Positions 52,331 through 64,000 of a DNA stretch of 64,000 nucleotides are shown here, piece by piece. The stretch lies in NCBI GenBank assembly GCA_964016885.1, contig OZ024741.1, positions 12,772,001 through 12,836,000 of the forward strand. The letters run 5' to 3'. The position numbers and the translations under genes are program-made. Each line of letters begins with the position of its first letter. The stretch's first letter is position 1. The notes beneath the pieces were generated by a model that worked only from the letters and a program-made list of their open reading frames with translations, made no database searches and was not told the DNA's origin. Source of the DNA: Eledone cirrhosa (lineage: Eukaryota).

Positions 52331-53634
52331 ATTTGATCCTTCTGGAAAAATCAATAGAATATCAAACAAAATGACTCATGGTATCTTCAGGAATCTGGTC
52401 AGCTCTTTATGTTCTGAGGTCAGTTTTGACTTTCATTCTTCTGGGGTTGATGAAATAAAGTAAGACCACTTTTGGTTACAAATGATCATGGGATTTGTAC
52501 TTAGAAAGTTACAAGTCCGGACAAGGTTATTTGTAGAAGACCAACAGTCACCCATGTATACCAGTCACCCTTCTCCATGTTGTCCAAGGGAAAGGCAATG
52601 ACCGATACTGCTTGGTACCAGTGATGTCGCAAATCATTTCTACAACTGAGTAAACTGGAGTAAAGTGAAATAAAGTATCTTGCTCAAGGACACAACACAC
52701 TACCCAGTCCAGGAATTGAACTTGCACCTCACAACTGCAAGCCCAATGCTCTAACCACTAAACAATATGGACATATTTAATCAGTTTTGCCCTACTCTCA
52801 AATAGCTGGCCTTGATAAGATGCAATTAGTACACTCTGTAAAGAAGTAGTGCTATGCTGGTGCCATGATAAAAGGCACCCAATACGCCCAGCAACATAAT
52901 TTTCATTAGGATGGGCATCCAACTGTAGAACCCATACCAAATATAGAATGTATGTGCAAGATATCATCATCATCATCATCACCGTTTTACGTCAATGTTT
53001 CGACGCTAGCATGGGTTAGACAGGTTATCCTGTTGTGGGCAATGCCAGGTAAGGTGGCCATGCCTTGCTCATACAGGATTGATTTTGGCTCAGTCTCTAC
53101 AGCTGGATGCCCTTCCTAACACCAACCTCATTTACAGTGAGTGCTGGGTGCTTTTTTTCCATGGCACCTCCACGACCACTTTGCAGTGGAATGATAGGGA
53201 CCCCAGTCCTATCATCTCATTTCTACAGCTGAGTAAACTGGAGCAATGTGAAATAAAGTGTCTTGCTCAAGGAAACAACACATCACCCGGTCTGAGAATT
53301 GAACTCATAAACTTTTGATTGCAAGGCCAATGCTCTAACCACTAAGCCCTGTGCCTCAGTGTATATGTATATATATGTATATGAATATATATGTATATGT
53401 AGTAAAAATGGTCCAGGAGTCAGTCCGTAAGTAATCCAAGGAAAATCCCTTCTTCCTCCATGCACGAAACTAATACAGTTCATGTTACTGCACTTGCTTG
53501 TTTGTTTGTCGGATGTAAAATGATGATGATGATGAGAGAGATAGATATATATATATATATAATCCCATGCTAGCGTGGAAAATGGACGTTAAATGATGAT
53601 GATGATGATGATGATATAGATATAGATATATAGA

Positions 53635-54400
53635 TATCATCATCGGTTACCGTCTATGTTCCACGTGAGCATGGGTTAGATGGGAATTGTCCCACTTGAG
53701 GCAAGATTGGTCAGGTGACCATGTCTCGCTCATATAGGACTATCTGGCAGGTTTTCTATGGCTTGATGCCCTTCCTAACACCAACCACATTTGCAGTGTG
53801 GGCTGGGAGGTTTTTACTGTGTTACCTACACGGCCACATTACAGCGTGGACTGTGTGTTTTTTGTTGTGACACCTACACGACCTCATTAGTTTGGACTGG
53901 ATGTTGTGGTACCAACATAATTTACAGACAAAGGGTGGTATTGGTGGGAGTAGGGGTAGTGGAATGGGGGTGTATATTTGGTTAAGAGGTGCCTACTGAC
54001 TGTAGGTTTTGCTTTGTACATAGGCAAGGCGGGTCTTCTGTATTACTGTGTTGCACCAAAGATCTCGGCCCAGTGACATTGTCTCAGAGAGGTGCAAGTG
54101 TGTAAGGTTGGAATTTATCAAATCGTCCCAGGTTTTTCTGGGTCTACCTACTCCGTAACTACCATCAATTTTGATCGTCCTGCACTTTTTTATACAGCTG
54201 TCGTCTTTCATGTGCATCACGTGGCCATACCAACACAGTCATCTCTCAAGTAAACAGCATGTGATCCCTCTTATTCCTAATTTCTCACTTAGTTCATTTA
54301 TGCTTTACTGTTCACGTATATTACTATTACACATCCAATGGAGCATGCATGTTTCGTTCCTTTCCAGTGTGCGCAGGTCCTCTACACATAATCCCCATGT
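53635..54400 (-). mobile_element. 5'-truncated RTE LINE, paralog of 37843-39317 in opposite orientation
   Basis: MKDDSCIKKCRTIKIDGSYGVGRPRKTWDDL..RDLW plus a homologous 3'UTR. Confidence 0.92.
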
Positions 54401-54514
54401 CATATATCATCATCATCATCACCATTTTACGTCCGTTCTTCCATGCTAGCATGGGTTAGACGGGTTGTCCTGTTGTGGACAGTGTCTGGTCGGCTGACCA
54501 TGCGTTGCTCATAC

Positions 54515-54584
54515 AGGAACTGATTTATAGGAACTGATTTATAGGAACTGATTTATAGGAACTGATATATAGGAACTGATATAT
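54515..54584. repeat. 14 bp tandem repeat AGGAACTGATTTAT x5
   Basis: Direct reading of the sequence. Confidence 0.9.
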
Positions 54585-54645
54585 ATATATATAATTCATC
54601 TGTCATTTTTTTCTTCTAACCTTTGACATTTCTTTCTTCATTAAG

Positions 54646-54717
54646 ATGGAAACATCTCGCAAAGAAAGCAATAGTTTGGAAAAAAAAATCAAATCTGAAA
54701 ATGAAGAACTTGTGAAG
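54646..54717 (+). CDS. CCDC125: CCDC125-like exon 5 (72 bp, phase 0-0)
   Basis: Branch-like CTAAC, pyrimidine tract, taag| acceptor, AAG|gtgaag donor. METSRKESNSLEKKIKSENEELVK has coiled-coil character. Confidence 0.8.
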
Positions 54718-54852
54718 GTGAAGTAGATTTACTCACATTTATACAATAATGTTTGTCTATTGTGAGACTGTTTATTTCACTGGGTCATTGTATTTTATGT
54801 GGTGTGTTGTTTAACTAATTTAGACTTGTATTTTGTAGTTGTGTAGATGTTT

Positions 54853-57703
54853 GTAAGGAATATATATTGTACCATGTCTCTGGTACTGCGTGATCGAAGG
54901 TCCTCAGTGTAAGGTCTTTGTTATGTAGGGCTGTGTAAGGAATATATATAATGTACCATGTCTCTGGTACTGTGTGGTCTAAGGTCCTCAGTGTAAGGTC
55001 TTTGTTATGTAGGGCTGTGTAAGGAATATATATTGTACCATGTGGTCTAAGACCCACAGTGTAAGGTCTTTGTTATGTAGGGCTGTGTAAGGAATATATA
55101 TTGCACCATGTATCTGGTACTGTGTGGTCTAAGACCCTCAGTGTAAGGTCTTTGTTATGTAGGGCTGTGTAAGGAATATATATTGTACCATGTCTCTGGT
55201 ACTGTGTGGTCTAAGACCCTCAGTTTAAGGTCTCTGTTATGTAGGGCTGTGTAAGGAATATATATTGCACCATGTCTCTGGTACTGTGTGGTCTAAGGTC
55301 CTCAGTGCAACGTCTTTGTTATGTAGGGCTGTGTAAGGAATATATATTGTACCATGTCTCTGGTACTGTGTGGTCTAAGACCCTCCGTGTAAGGTCTTTG
55401 TTATGTAGGGCTGTGTAAGGAATATATATTGTACCATGTCTCTGGTACTGTGTGGTCTAAGGGCCTCAGTGTAAGGTCTTTGTTATGTAGGGCTGTGTAA
55501 GGAATATATATTGTACCATGTATCTGGTACTGTGTTGTCTAAGGGCCTCAGTGTAAGGTCTTTGTTATGTAGGGCTGTGTAAGGAATATATATTGTACCA
55601 TGTCTCTGATACTGTGTGGTCTAAGACCCTCCGTGTAAGGTCTTTGTTATGTAGGGCTGTGTAAGGAATATATATTGTACCATGTCTCTGGTACTGTGTG
55701 GTCTAAGACCCTCCGTGTAAGGTCTTTGTTATGTAGGGCTGTGTAAGGAATATATATTGTACCATGTCTCTGATACTGTGTGGTCTAAGGGCCTCAGTGT
55801 AAGGACTTTGTTATGTAGGGCTGTGTAAGAAATATATATTGTACCATGTCTCTGGTACTGTGTGGTCTAAGGGCCTCAGTGTAAGGTCTTTGTTATGTAG
55901 GGCTGTGTAAGGAATATATATTGTACCATGTCTCTGGTACTGTGTGGTCTAAGGGCCTCAGTGTAAGGTCTTTATGTAGGGCTGTGTAAGGAATATATAT
56001 TGTACCATGTCTCTGATACTGTGTGGTCTAAGGTCCTCAGTGTAAGGTCTTTGTTATGTAGGGCTGTGTAAGGAATATATATTGTACCATGTCTCTGGTA
56101 CTGTGTGGTCTAAGGGCCTCAGTGTAAGGTCTTTGTTATGTAGGGCTGTGTAAGGAATATATATTATACCATGTCTCTGGTACTATTGTGGTCTAAGGGC
56201 CTCAGTGTAAGGTCTTTGTTATGTAGGGCTGTGTAAGGAATATATATTGTACCATATCTCTGATACTGTGTGATCTAAGACCCTCAGTGTAAGGTCTTTG
56301 TTATGTAGGGCTGTGTAAGGAATATATATTGTACCATGTCTCTGATACTGTGTGATCTAAGGTCCTCAGTGTAAGGTCTTTGTTATGTAGGGCTGTGTAA
56401 GGAATATATATTGTACCATGTCTCTGATACTGTGTGATCTAAGGTCCTCAGAGTAAGGTCTTTGTTATGTAGGGCTGTGTAAGGAATATATATTGTACCA
56501 TGTCTCTGGTACTGTGTGGTCTAAGACCCTCCGTGTAAGGTCTTTGTTATGTAGGGCTGTGTAAGGAATATATATTGTACCATGTCTCTGATACTGTGTG
56601 ATCTAAGGTCCTCAGAGTAAGGTCTTTGTTATGTAGGGCTGTGTAAGGAATATATATTGTACCATGTCTCTGGTACTGTGTGGTCTAAGGTCCTCAGTGT
56701 AAGGTCTTTGTTATGTAGGGCTGTGTAAGGAATATATATTGTACCATGTCTCTGGTACTGTGTGGTCTAAGACCCTCAGTGTAAGGTCTTTGTTATGTAG
56801 GGCTGTGTAAGGAATATATATTGTACCATGTCTCTGGTACTGTGTGGTCTAAGGTCCTCAGTGTAAGGTCTTTGTTATGTAGGGCTGTGTAAGGAATATA
56901 TATTGTACCATGTCTCTGATACTGTGTGGTCTAAGACCCTCAGTTTAAGGTCTCTGTTATATAGGGCTGTGTAAGGAATATATATTGTACCATGTCTCTG
57001 GTACTGTGTGGTCTAAGACCCTCAGTGTAAGGTCTTTGTTATGTAGGGCTGTGTAAGGAATATATATTGCACCATGTCTCTGGTACTGTGTGGTCTAAGG
57101 GCCTCAGTGTAAGGTCTTTGTTATGTAGGGCTGTGTAAGGAATATATATTGTACCATGTCTCTGATACTGTGTGGTCTAAGACCCTCAGTGTAAGGTCTT
57201 TGTTATGTAGGGCTGTGTAAGGAATATATATTGTACCATGTCTCTGATACTGTGTGGTCTAAGGGCCTCAGTGTAAGGTCTTTGTTATGTAGGGCTGTGT
57301 AAGGAATATATATTGTACCATGTCTCTGGTACTGTGTGGTCTAAGACCCACAGTGTAAGGTCTTTGTTATGTAGGGCTGTGTAAGGAATATATATTGCAC
57401 CATGTCTCTGGTACTGTGTGGTCTAAGGGCCTCAGTGTAAGGTCTTTGTTATGTAGGGCTGTGTAAGGAATATATATTGTACCATGTCTCTGGTACTGTG
57501 TGGTCTAAGACCCTCAGTGTAAGGTCTTTGTTATGTAGGGCTGTGTAAGGAATATATATTGCACCATGTCTCTGGTACTGTGTGGTCTAAGACCCTCAGT
57601 GTAAGGTCTTTGTTATGTAGGGCTGTGTAAGGAATATATATTGTACCATGTCTCTGATACTGTGTGGTCTAAGACCCTCAGTGTAAGGTCTTTGTTATGT
57701 AGG
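54853..57703. repeat. 82 bp tandem array, ~35 copies
   Basis: GTAAGGAATATATATTG recurs every 82 bp (e.g. 55251, 55333). Confidence 0.97.
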
Positions 57704-57757
57704 GTTTTTTGTTGATAGGATTATGTAATCATTGTTGAATAGGGTTGTGTAAGGAGA

Positions 57758-58093
57758 AATCATCATCACTATCACCACCTCCATCAATATCACCACCATC
57801 ATCACCATCAACACCATCACCATCACTATCACCACCTCCATCAATATCACCACCATCATCACCATCAACACCATCACCACCAGTACCACCACCAGCAATA
57901 TCACCTCCATCACCATCATCATCACTATCACCACCTCCATCAATATCACCACCATCATCACCATCAACACCATCACCACCACTACCACCACCATCACCAC
58001 CACTACCACCACCAGCAATATCACCTCCATCACCACCATCATCACTATCACCACCACCATCACCACCATCACCACTATCATCATCATCATCAC
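57758..58093. repeat. (ACC/ATC)n low-complexity repeat
   Basis: Direct reading of the sequence. Confidence 0.9.
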
Positions 58094-58130
58094 TGTGTTT
58101 TATGACTTTCTTCTCCTCCTATCTCCCCAG

Positions 58131-58216
58131 GCAGTAAACAGCCTCCAGTTTGCCCTAGGTCACCAAGAGACCACCTTGATGGACAGTCAACAGACCTGGG
58201 CACACAGATTTGATAG
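58131..58216 (+). CDS. CCDC125: CCDC125-like exon 6 (86 bp, phase 0-2); gene continues beyond the window
   Basis: ccccag| acceptor, AG|gtcagt donor. AVNSLQFALGHQETTLMDSQQTWAHRFDR resembles CCDC125 [29 protein letters not shown]. Confidence 0.85.
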
Positions 58217-58254
58217 GTCAGTACTGATAAACTGTTTCTTTGCATTCAAGTGGT

Positions 58255-59690
58255 CATCACCACCACCACCAACACCCCCATCACTACCACCACCAACACC
58301 CCCATCACTACCAACATCACCACCACCACCAACACCACCATCACTACCACCATCACTACCACCATCACCACCACCACCACCACCAACACCACCACCACCA
58401 CCACCAACACCACCACCACCATCACTACCACCACCACCAACACCACCATCACTACCACCATCACCACCACCACCAACACCACCATCACTACCACCATCAC
58501 TACCACCATCACTACCACCATCACTACCACCATCATTACCACCATCACTACCACCATCACCACCACCACCAACACCACCATCACTACCACCATCACCACC
58601 ACCACCAACACCCCCATCACTACCACCATCACTACCACCATCACTACCACCATCACTACCACCATCACTACCATCATCATTACCACCATCACTACCACCA
58701 TCACCACCACCACCAACACCACCATCACTACCACCATCACTACCACCATCACTACCACCAACACCCCCATCACTACCAACATCACCACCACCACCAACAC
58801 CACCATCACTACCACCATCACTACCACCATCACCACCACCACCAACACCCCCATCACTACCACCATCACTACCACCATCACTACCACCATCACTACCACC
58901 ATCACTACCATCATCATTACCACCATCACTACCACCATCACCACCACCACCAACACCCCCATCACTACCACCATCACTACCACCATCACTACCACCATCA
59001 CTACCATCATCATTACCACCATCACTACCACCATCACCACCACCACCAACACCACCATCACTACCACCATCACTACCACCATCACTACCACCATCACTAC
59101 CACCATCATTACCACCATCACTACCACCATCACCACCACCACCAACACCACCATCACTACCACCACCACCACCACCACCAACACCCCCATCACTACCACC
59201 ATCACTACCACCATCACTACCACCATCACTACCACCATCACTACCATCATCATTACCACCATCACTACCACCATCACCACCACCACCAACACCACCATCA
59301 CTACCACCATCACTACCACCATCACTACCACCATCACTACCACCATCACTACCACCATCATTACCACCTTCACTACCACCATCACCACCACCACCAACAC
59401 CACCACCACTACCACCACCACCACAACTACCAATACCACTACCACTACCACCACCACCACCACTACCACCATCACCACCACCACAACTACTGTTACTACT
59501 ACTACTACCACTAGTATTACTACCACTACTACTACTAGTAGTGAGAGTAGTAGTAGTGGAGGTAGTAGTATTATTGATTATTGGTAGTAGTAGTAGTTCT
59601 AGTAGTAGCAATAGTTGTAGCTGTAATAGTAGTGATAGTAGTGCTGCTGGTGGTAGTGGTGGTAGTGGTGGTGGTGGTAGTATATAGTAT
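58255..59690. repeat. (ACC)-based triplet minisatellite (CCACCATCACTA units) ending in (ACT)/(AGT) runs
   Basis: Direct reading of the sequence. Confidence 0.95.
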
Positions 59691-60176
59691 AGCTACAACT
59701 GATTAAGGAGCTTCCTTCACCATTGTAATGTCATGGCTTCAATTTTACTGTTTAATACCTGGAGTCAGCCTAAGATGGTGTTGACACCACTTTCACCATC
59801 ACTATCACCTCACCATCATCACCACCACCACCACCACCATCACCATCACCACCATTATCACCACCACCACCACCATCATCATCACAGGGTAACTCTATTT
59901 TCCATGCCAGCATGGGTTAGCCGAGTTCTCCCAATGTGAGACAACATGTTTGTTAATTTCCTGGTCAGACGGATCATTAGGTTCAACAATTGAAACACTC
60001 CCCATTGTAACTAACAGAAGTCTATTGTATTCCATAGAGCAGTATATTGTTGTTGGTGACTGCTGCTGGTTCTAACAATGAGTGTTCCAGTTGTTTGAAC
60101 AATAGAACAGGCTGCTTCAAACATTTTTGATTGTCTGAACATATCAATAGATATGTGTGTTCCTTACATAATTCTC

Positions 60177-63100
60177 AGACAAAAAGCACCCAGTCCACAC
60201 TGTAAAGCAGTCATGTAGGTGTCACGACAAAAAGTGCTCAGTCCACACTGCAAAGTGGTCATGGAGATCTCATGACAAAAAGCACCCAGTCCACACTGTA
60301 AAGTGGTCATGTAGGTGTCATGACAAAGGGCACCCAGTCCACACTGTAAAGTGGTCATGTAGGTGTCATGACAAAAGGCACTCAGTCCATACTGTAAAGT
60401 GGTCATGTAGGTGTCATGACAAAAAGCACCCAATCCACACTGTAAAGTGGTCATGTAGGTGTCATGACAAAAAAGTGCCCAGTCTACACTGTAAAGTGGT
60501 CATATAGGTGTCATGACAAAAAGCACCCAGTCCACACTGTGAAGTGGTCATGTAGGTGTCATGACAAAAAGCACCCAGTCCACACTGTAAAGTGGTCATG
60601 TAGGTGTCATGACAAAAAGCACCCAGTCCACACAGTAAAGTGGTCATGTAGGTATCACGACAAAAGGCACCCAGTCCATATTGTAAAGTGGTCATGGAGG
60701 TGTCACGACAAGAGGCACCCAGTCCACAATGTAAAGTGGTCATGTAGGTGTCATGACAAAAAGCACCCAGTCCACACTGTAAAGTGGTCATGTAGGTGTC
60801 ATGATAAAAGGCACTCAGTCCAAACTGTAAAGTGGTCATGTAGGTGTCATGACAAAAAGCACCCAATCCACACTGTAAAGTTGTCATGTAGGTGTCATGA
60901 CAAAAAGCACCCAGTCCACACTGTAAAGTGGTCATGTAGGTGTCATGACAAAAAGCACCCAGTCCACACTGTAAAGTGGTCATGTAGGTGTCATGACAAA
61001 AAGCACCCAGTCCACACTGTAAAGTGGTCATGTAGGTGTCATGACAAAAAAGTGCCCAGTCTACACTGTAAAGTGTTCATATAGGTGTCATGACAAAAAG
61101 CACCCAGTCCACACTGTGAAGTGGTCATGTAGGTGTCATGACAAAAAGCACCCAGTCCACACTGTAAAGAGGTCATATAAGTGTCATGACAAAAAGCACC
61201 CAGTCCACTCTGTAAAGTGGTCATATAGGTGTCATGACAAAAAGCAACCAGGCCACAGTGTAAAGTGGTCATGTAGGTGTCATGACAAAAGGCACCCAGT
61301 CCACACTGTAAAGTGGTCATATAGGTGTCATGACAAAAAGCACCCAATCCACACTGTAAAGTGGTCATGTAGGTGTCTTGACAAAAGGCACCCAGTCCAC
61401 ACTGTAAAGTGGTCATGTAGGTGTCATGACAAAAAGCACCCAGTCCACACTGTAAAGTGGTCATGTAGGTATCATGAAGAAAAGCACCCAATCCACACTG
61501 TAAAGTGGTCATGTAGGTGTCATGACAAAAAGCACCCAGTCCACACTGTAAAGTGGTCATGTAGGTGTCATGACAAAAAGCACCCAGTCCACACTGTAAA
61601 GTGGTCATGTAGGTATCATGACGAAAAGCACCCAATCCACACTGTAAAGTGGTCATGTAGGTGTCATGACAAAAGGCACCCAGTCCACACTGTAAAGTGG
61701 TCATGTAGGTGTCATGACAAAAGGCACCCAGTCCACACTGTAAAGTGGTCATGTAGGTGTCATGACAAAAGGCATCCAGCCCACACTGTAAAGTGGTCAT
61801 ATAGGTGTCATGACAAAAAGCACCCAGTCCACACTGTAAAGTGGTTATCTAGGCGTCATGACAAAAAGTGCCCAGTCTACATTGTAAAGTGGTCATGTAG
61901 GTGTCAAGACAAAAAGCACCCAGTCCACACTGTAAAGTGGTCATGGAGGTGTCATGACAAAAAGCACCCAGTCCACAGTGTAAAGTGGTCATGTAGGTGT
62001 CATGACAAAAAGCACCCAGTCCACACTGTAAAGTGGTCATGTAGGTATCATGACGAAAAGCACCCAATCCACACTGTAAAGTGGTCATGTAGGTGTCATG
62101 ACAAAAAAGTGCCCAGTCTACACTGTAAAGTGGTCATATAGGTGTCATGACAAAAAGCACCCAGTCCACACTGTGAAGTGGTCATGTAGGTGTCATGACA
62201 AAAAGCACCCAGTCCACACTGTGAAGTGGTCATGTAGGTGCCATGACAAAAAGCACCCAGTCCACACTGTAAAGTGGTCATGTAGGTGTCATGACAAAAA
62301 GCACCCAGTCCACACAGTAAAGTGGTCATGTAGGTATCACGACAAAAGGCACCCAGTCCATATTGTAAAGTGGTCATGGAGGTGTCACGACAAGAGGCAC
62401 CCAGTCCACATTGTAAAGTGGTCATGTAGGTGTCATGACAAAAAGCACCCAGTCCACACTGTAAAGTGGTCATGTAGGTGTCATGATAAAAGGCACTCAG
62501 TCCAAACTGTAAAGTGGTCATGTAGGTGTCATGACAAAAAGCACCCAATCCACACTGTAAAGTTGTCATGTAGGTGTCATGACAAAAAGCACCCAGTCCA
62601 CACTGTAAAGTGGTCATGTAGGTGTCATGACAAAAAGCACCCAGTCCACACTGTAAAGTGGTCATGTAGGTGTCATGACAAAAAGCACCCAGTCCACACT
62701 GTAAAGTGGTCATGTAGGTGTCATGACAAAAAAGTGCCCAGTCTACACTGTAAAGTGTTCATATAGGTGTCATGACAAAAAGCACCCAGTCCACACTGTG
62801 AAGTGGTCATGTAGGTGTCATGACAAAAAGCACCCAGTCCACACTGTAAAGAGGTTATATAAGTGTCATGACAAAAAGCACCCAGTCCACTCTGTAAAGT
62901 GGTCATGTAGGTGTCATGACAAAAAGCACCCAGGCCACAGTGTAAAGTGGTCATGTAGGTGTCATGACAAAAGGCACCCAGTCCACACTGTAAAGTGGTC
63001 ATATAGGTGTCATGACAAAAAGCACCCAATCCACACTGTAAAGTGGTCATGTAGGTGTCTTGACAAAAGGCACCCAGTCCAGACTGTAAAGTGGTCATGT

Positions 63101-64000
63101 AGGTGTCATGACAAAAAGCACCCAGTCCACACTGTAAAGTGGTCATGTAGGTATCATGAAGAAAAGCACCCAATCCACACTGTAAAGTGGTCATGTAGGT
63201 GTCATGACAAAAAGCACCCAATCCACACTGTAAAGTGGTCATGTAGGTATCATGACGAAAAGCACCCAATCCACACTGTAAAGTGGTCATGTAGGTGTCA
63301 TGACAAAAGGCACCCAGTCCACACTGTAAAGTGGTCATGTAGGTGTCATGACAAAAGGCACCCAGTCCACACTGTAAAGTGGTCATGTAGGTGTCATGAC
63401 AAAAGGCATCCAGCCCACACTGTAAAGTGGTCATATAGGTGTCATGACAAAAAGCACCCAGTCCACACTGTAAAGTGGTTATCTAGGCGTCATGACAAAA
63501 AGTGCCCAGTCTACATTGTAAAGTGGTCATGTAGGTGTCAAGACAAAAAGCACCCAGTCCACACTGTAAAGTGGTCATGGAGGTGTCATGACAAAAAGCA
63601 CCCAGTCCACAGTGTAAAGTGGTCATGTAGGTGTCATGACAAAAAGCACCCAGTCCACACTGTAAAGTGGTCATGTAGGTATCATGACGAAAAGCACCCA
63701 ATCCACACTGTAAAGTGGTCATGTAGGTGTCATGACAAAAGGCACCCAGTCTACACTGTAAAGTGGTCATGTAGGTGTCATGACAAAAGGTACCCAGTCC
63801 ACACTGTAAAGTGGTCATGTAGGTGTCATGACAAAAAAGTGCCCAGTCTACACTGTAAAGTGGTCATGTAGGTGTCATGACAAAAGGCACCCAGTCCACA
63901 CTGTGAAGTGGTCATGTAGGTGTCAGGACAAAAAGCACTCAGTCCACACTGTAAAGTGGTCATGTAGGTGTCATGACAAAAGCCACCCAGTCCACACTGT
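60177..64000. repeat. 48 bp satellite (CATGACAAAAAGCACCCAGTCCACACTGTAAAGTGGTCATGTAGGTGT) with ~1.63-1.68 kb higher-order period; runs off the window
   Basis: Variant GTTATCTAGGCG recurs 1634 bp apart. ORF-track duplicates at 60462/62096 and 61039/62721. Confidence 0.97.

Noticed and set aside
49025-57703. CRISPR-like appearance of the 69 bp and 82 bp arrays
   Set aside because: Head-to-tail repeats with no unique spacers, no cas genes, and a eukaryotic context.
60164-63871. Cys/His-rich repeat ORFs resembling zinc fingers or heme motifs
   Set aside because: 48 bp satellite, open on both strands, frameshifted at A-runs and traceable to a LINE UTR.

Overview
Repeat-rich eukaryotic (animal) DNA, most likely a coleoid cephalopod such as Octopus (inferred from the SINE repertoire and (TA)n density; not proven). 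The first 21.2 kb is a 22-24 bp satellite with multi-kb higher-order structure. From 29.2 kb a + strand intron-rich gene runs off the right edge: six phase-compatible GT-AG exons encoding a CCDC125-like coiled-coil protein. The rest is transposons and tandem arrays: an intact DD37D (maT-type) Tc1/mariner element, Penelope-like, RTE, Tx1/L1 and CRE LINE relics, tRNA-SINEs, MITEs, and 48, 69, 82 and 112 bp arrays. The most notable signal is absent from the ORF track: six type I hammerhead ribozyme motifs with complete or near-complete cores within about 9 kb of intron 1. They include three with greatly extended stem II, one in a 704-bp terminally redundant retrozyme-like unit, and a head-to-head pair in a long palindrome. 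Foldback hairpins built from hammerhead halves lie nearby. Nearly all long ORFs in the supplied track are repeat artefacts. All alignments were done by eye.
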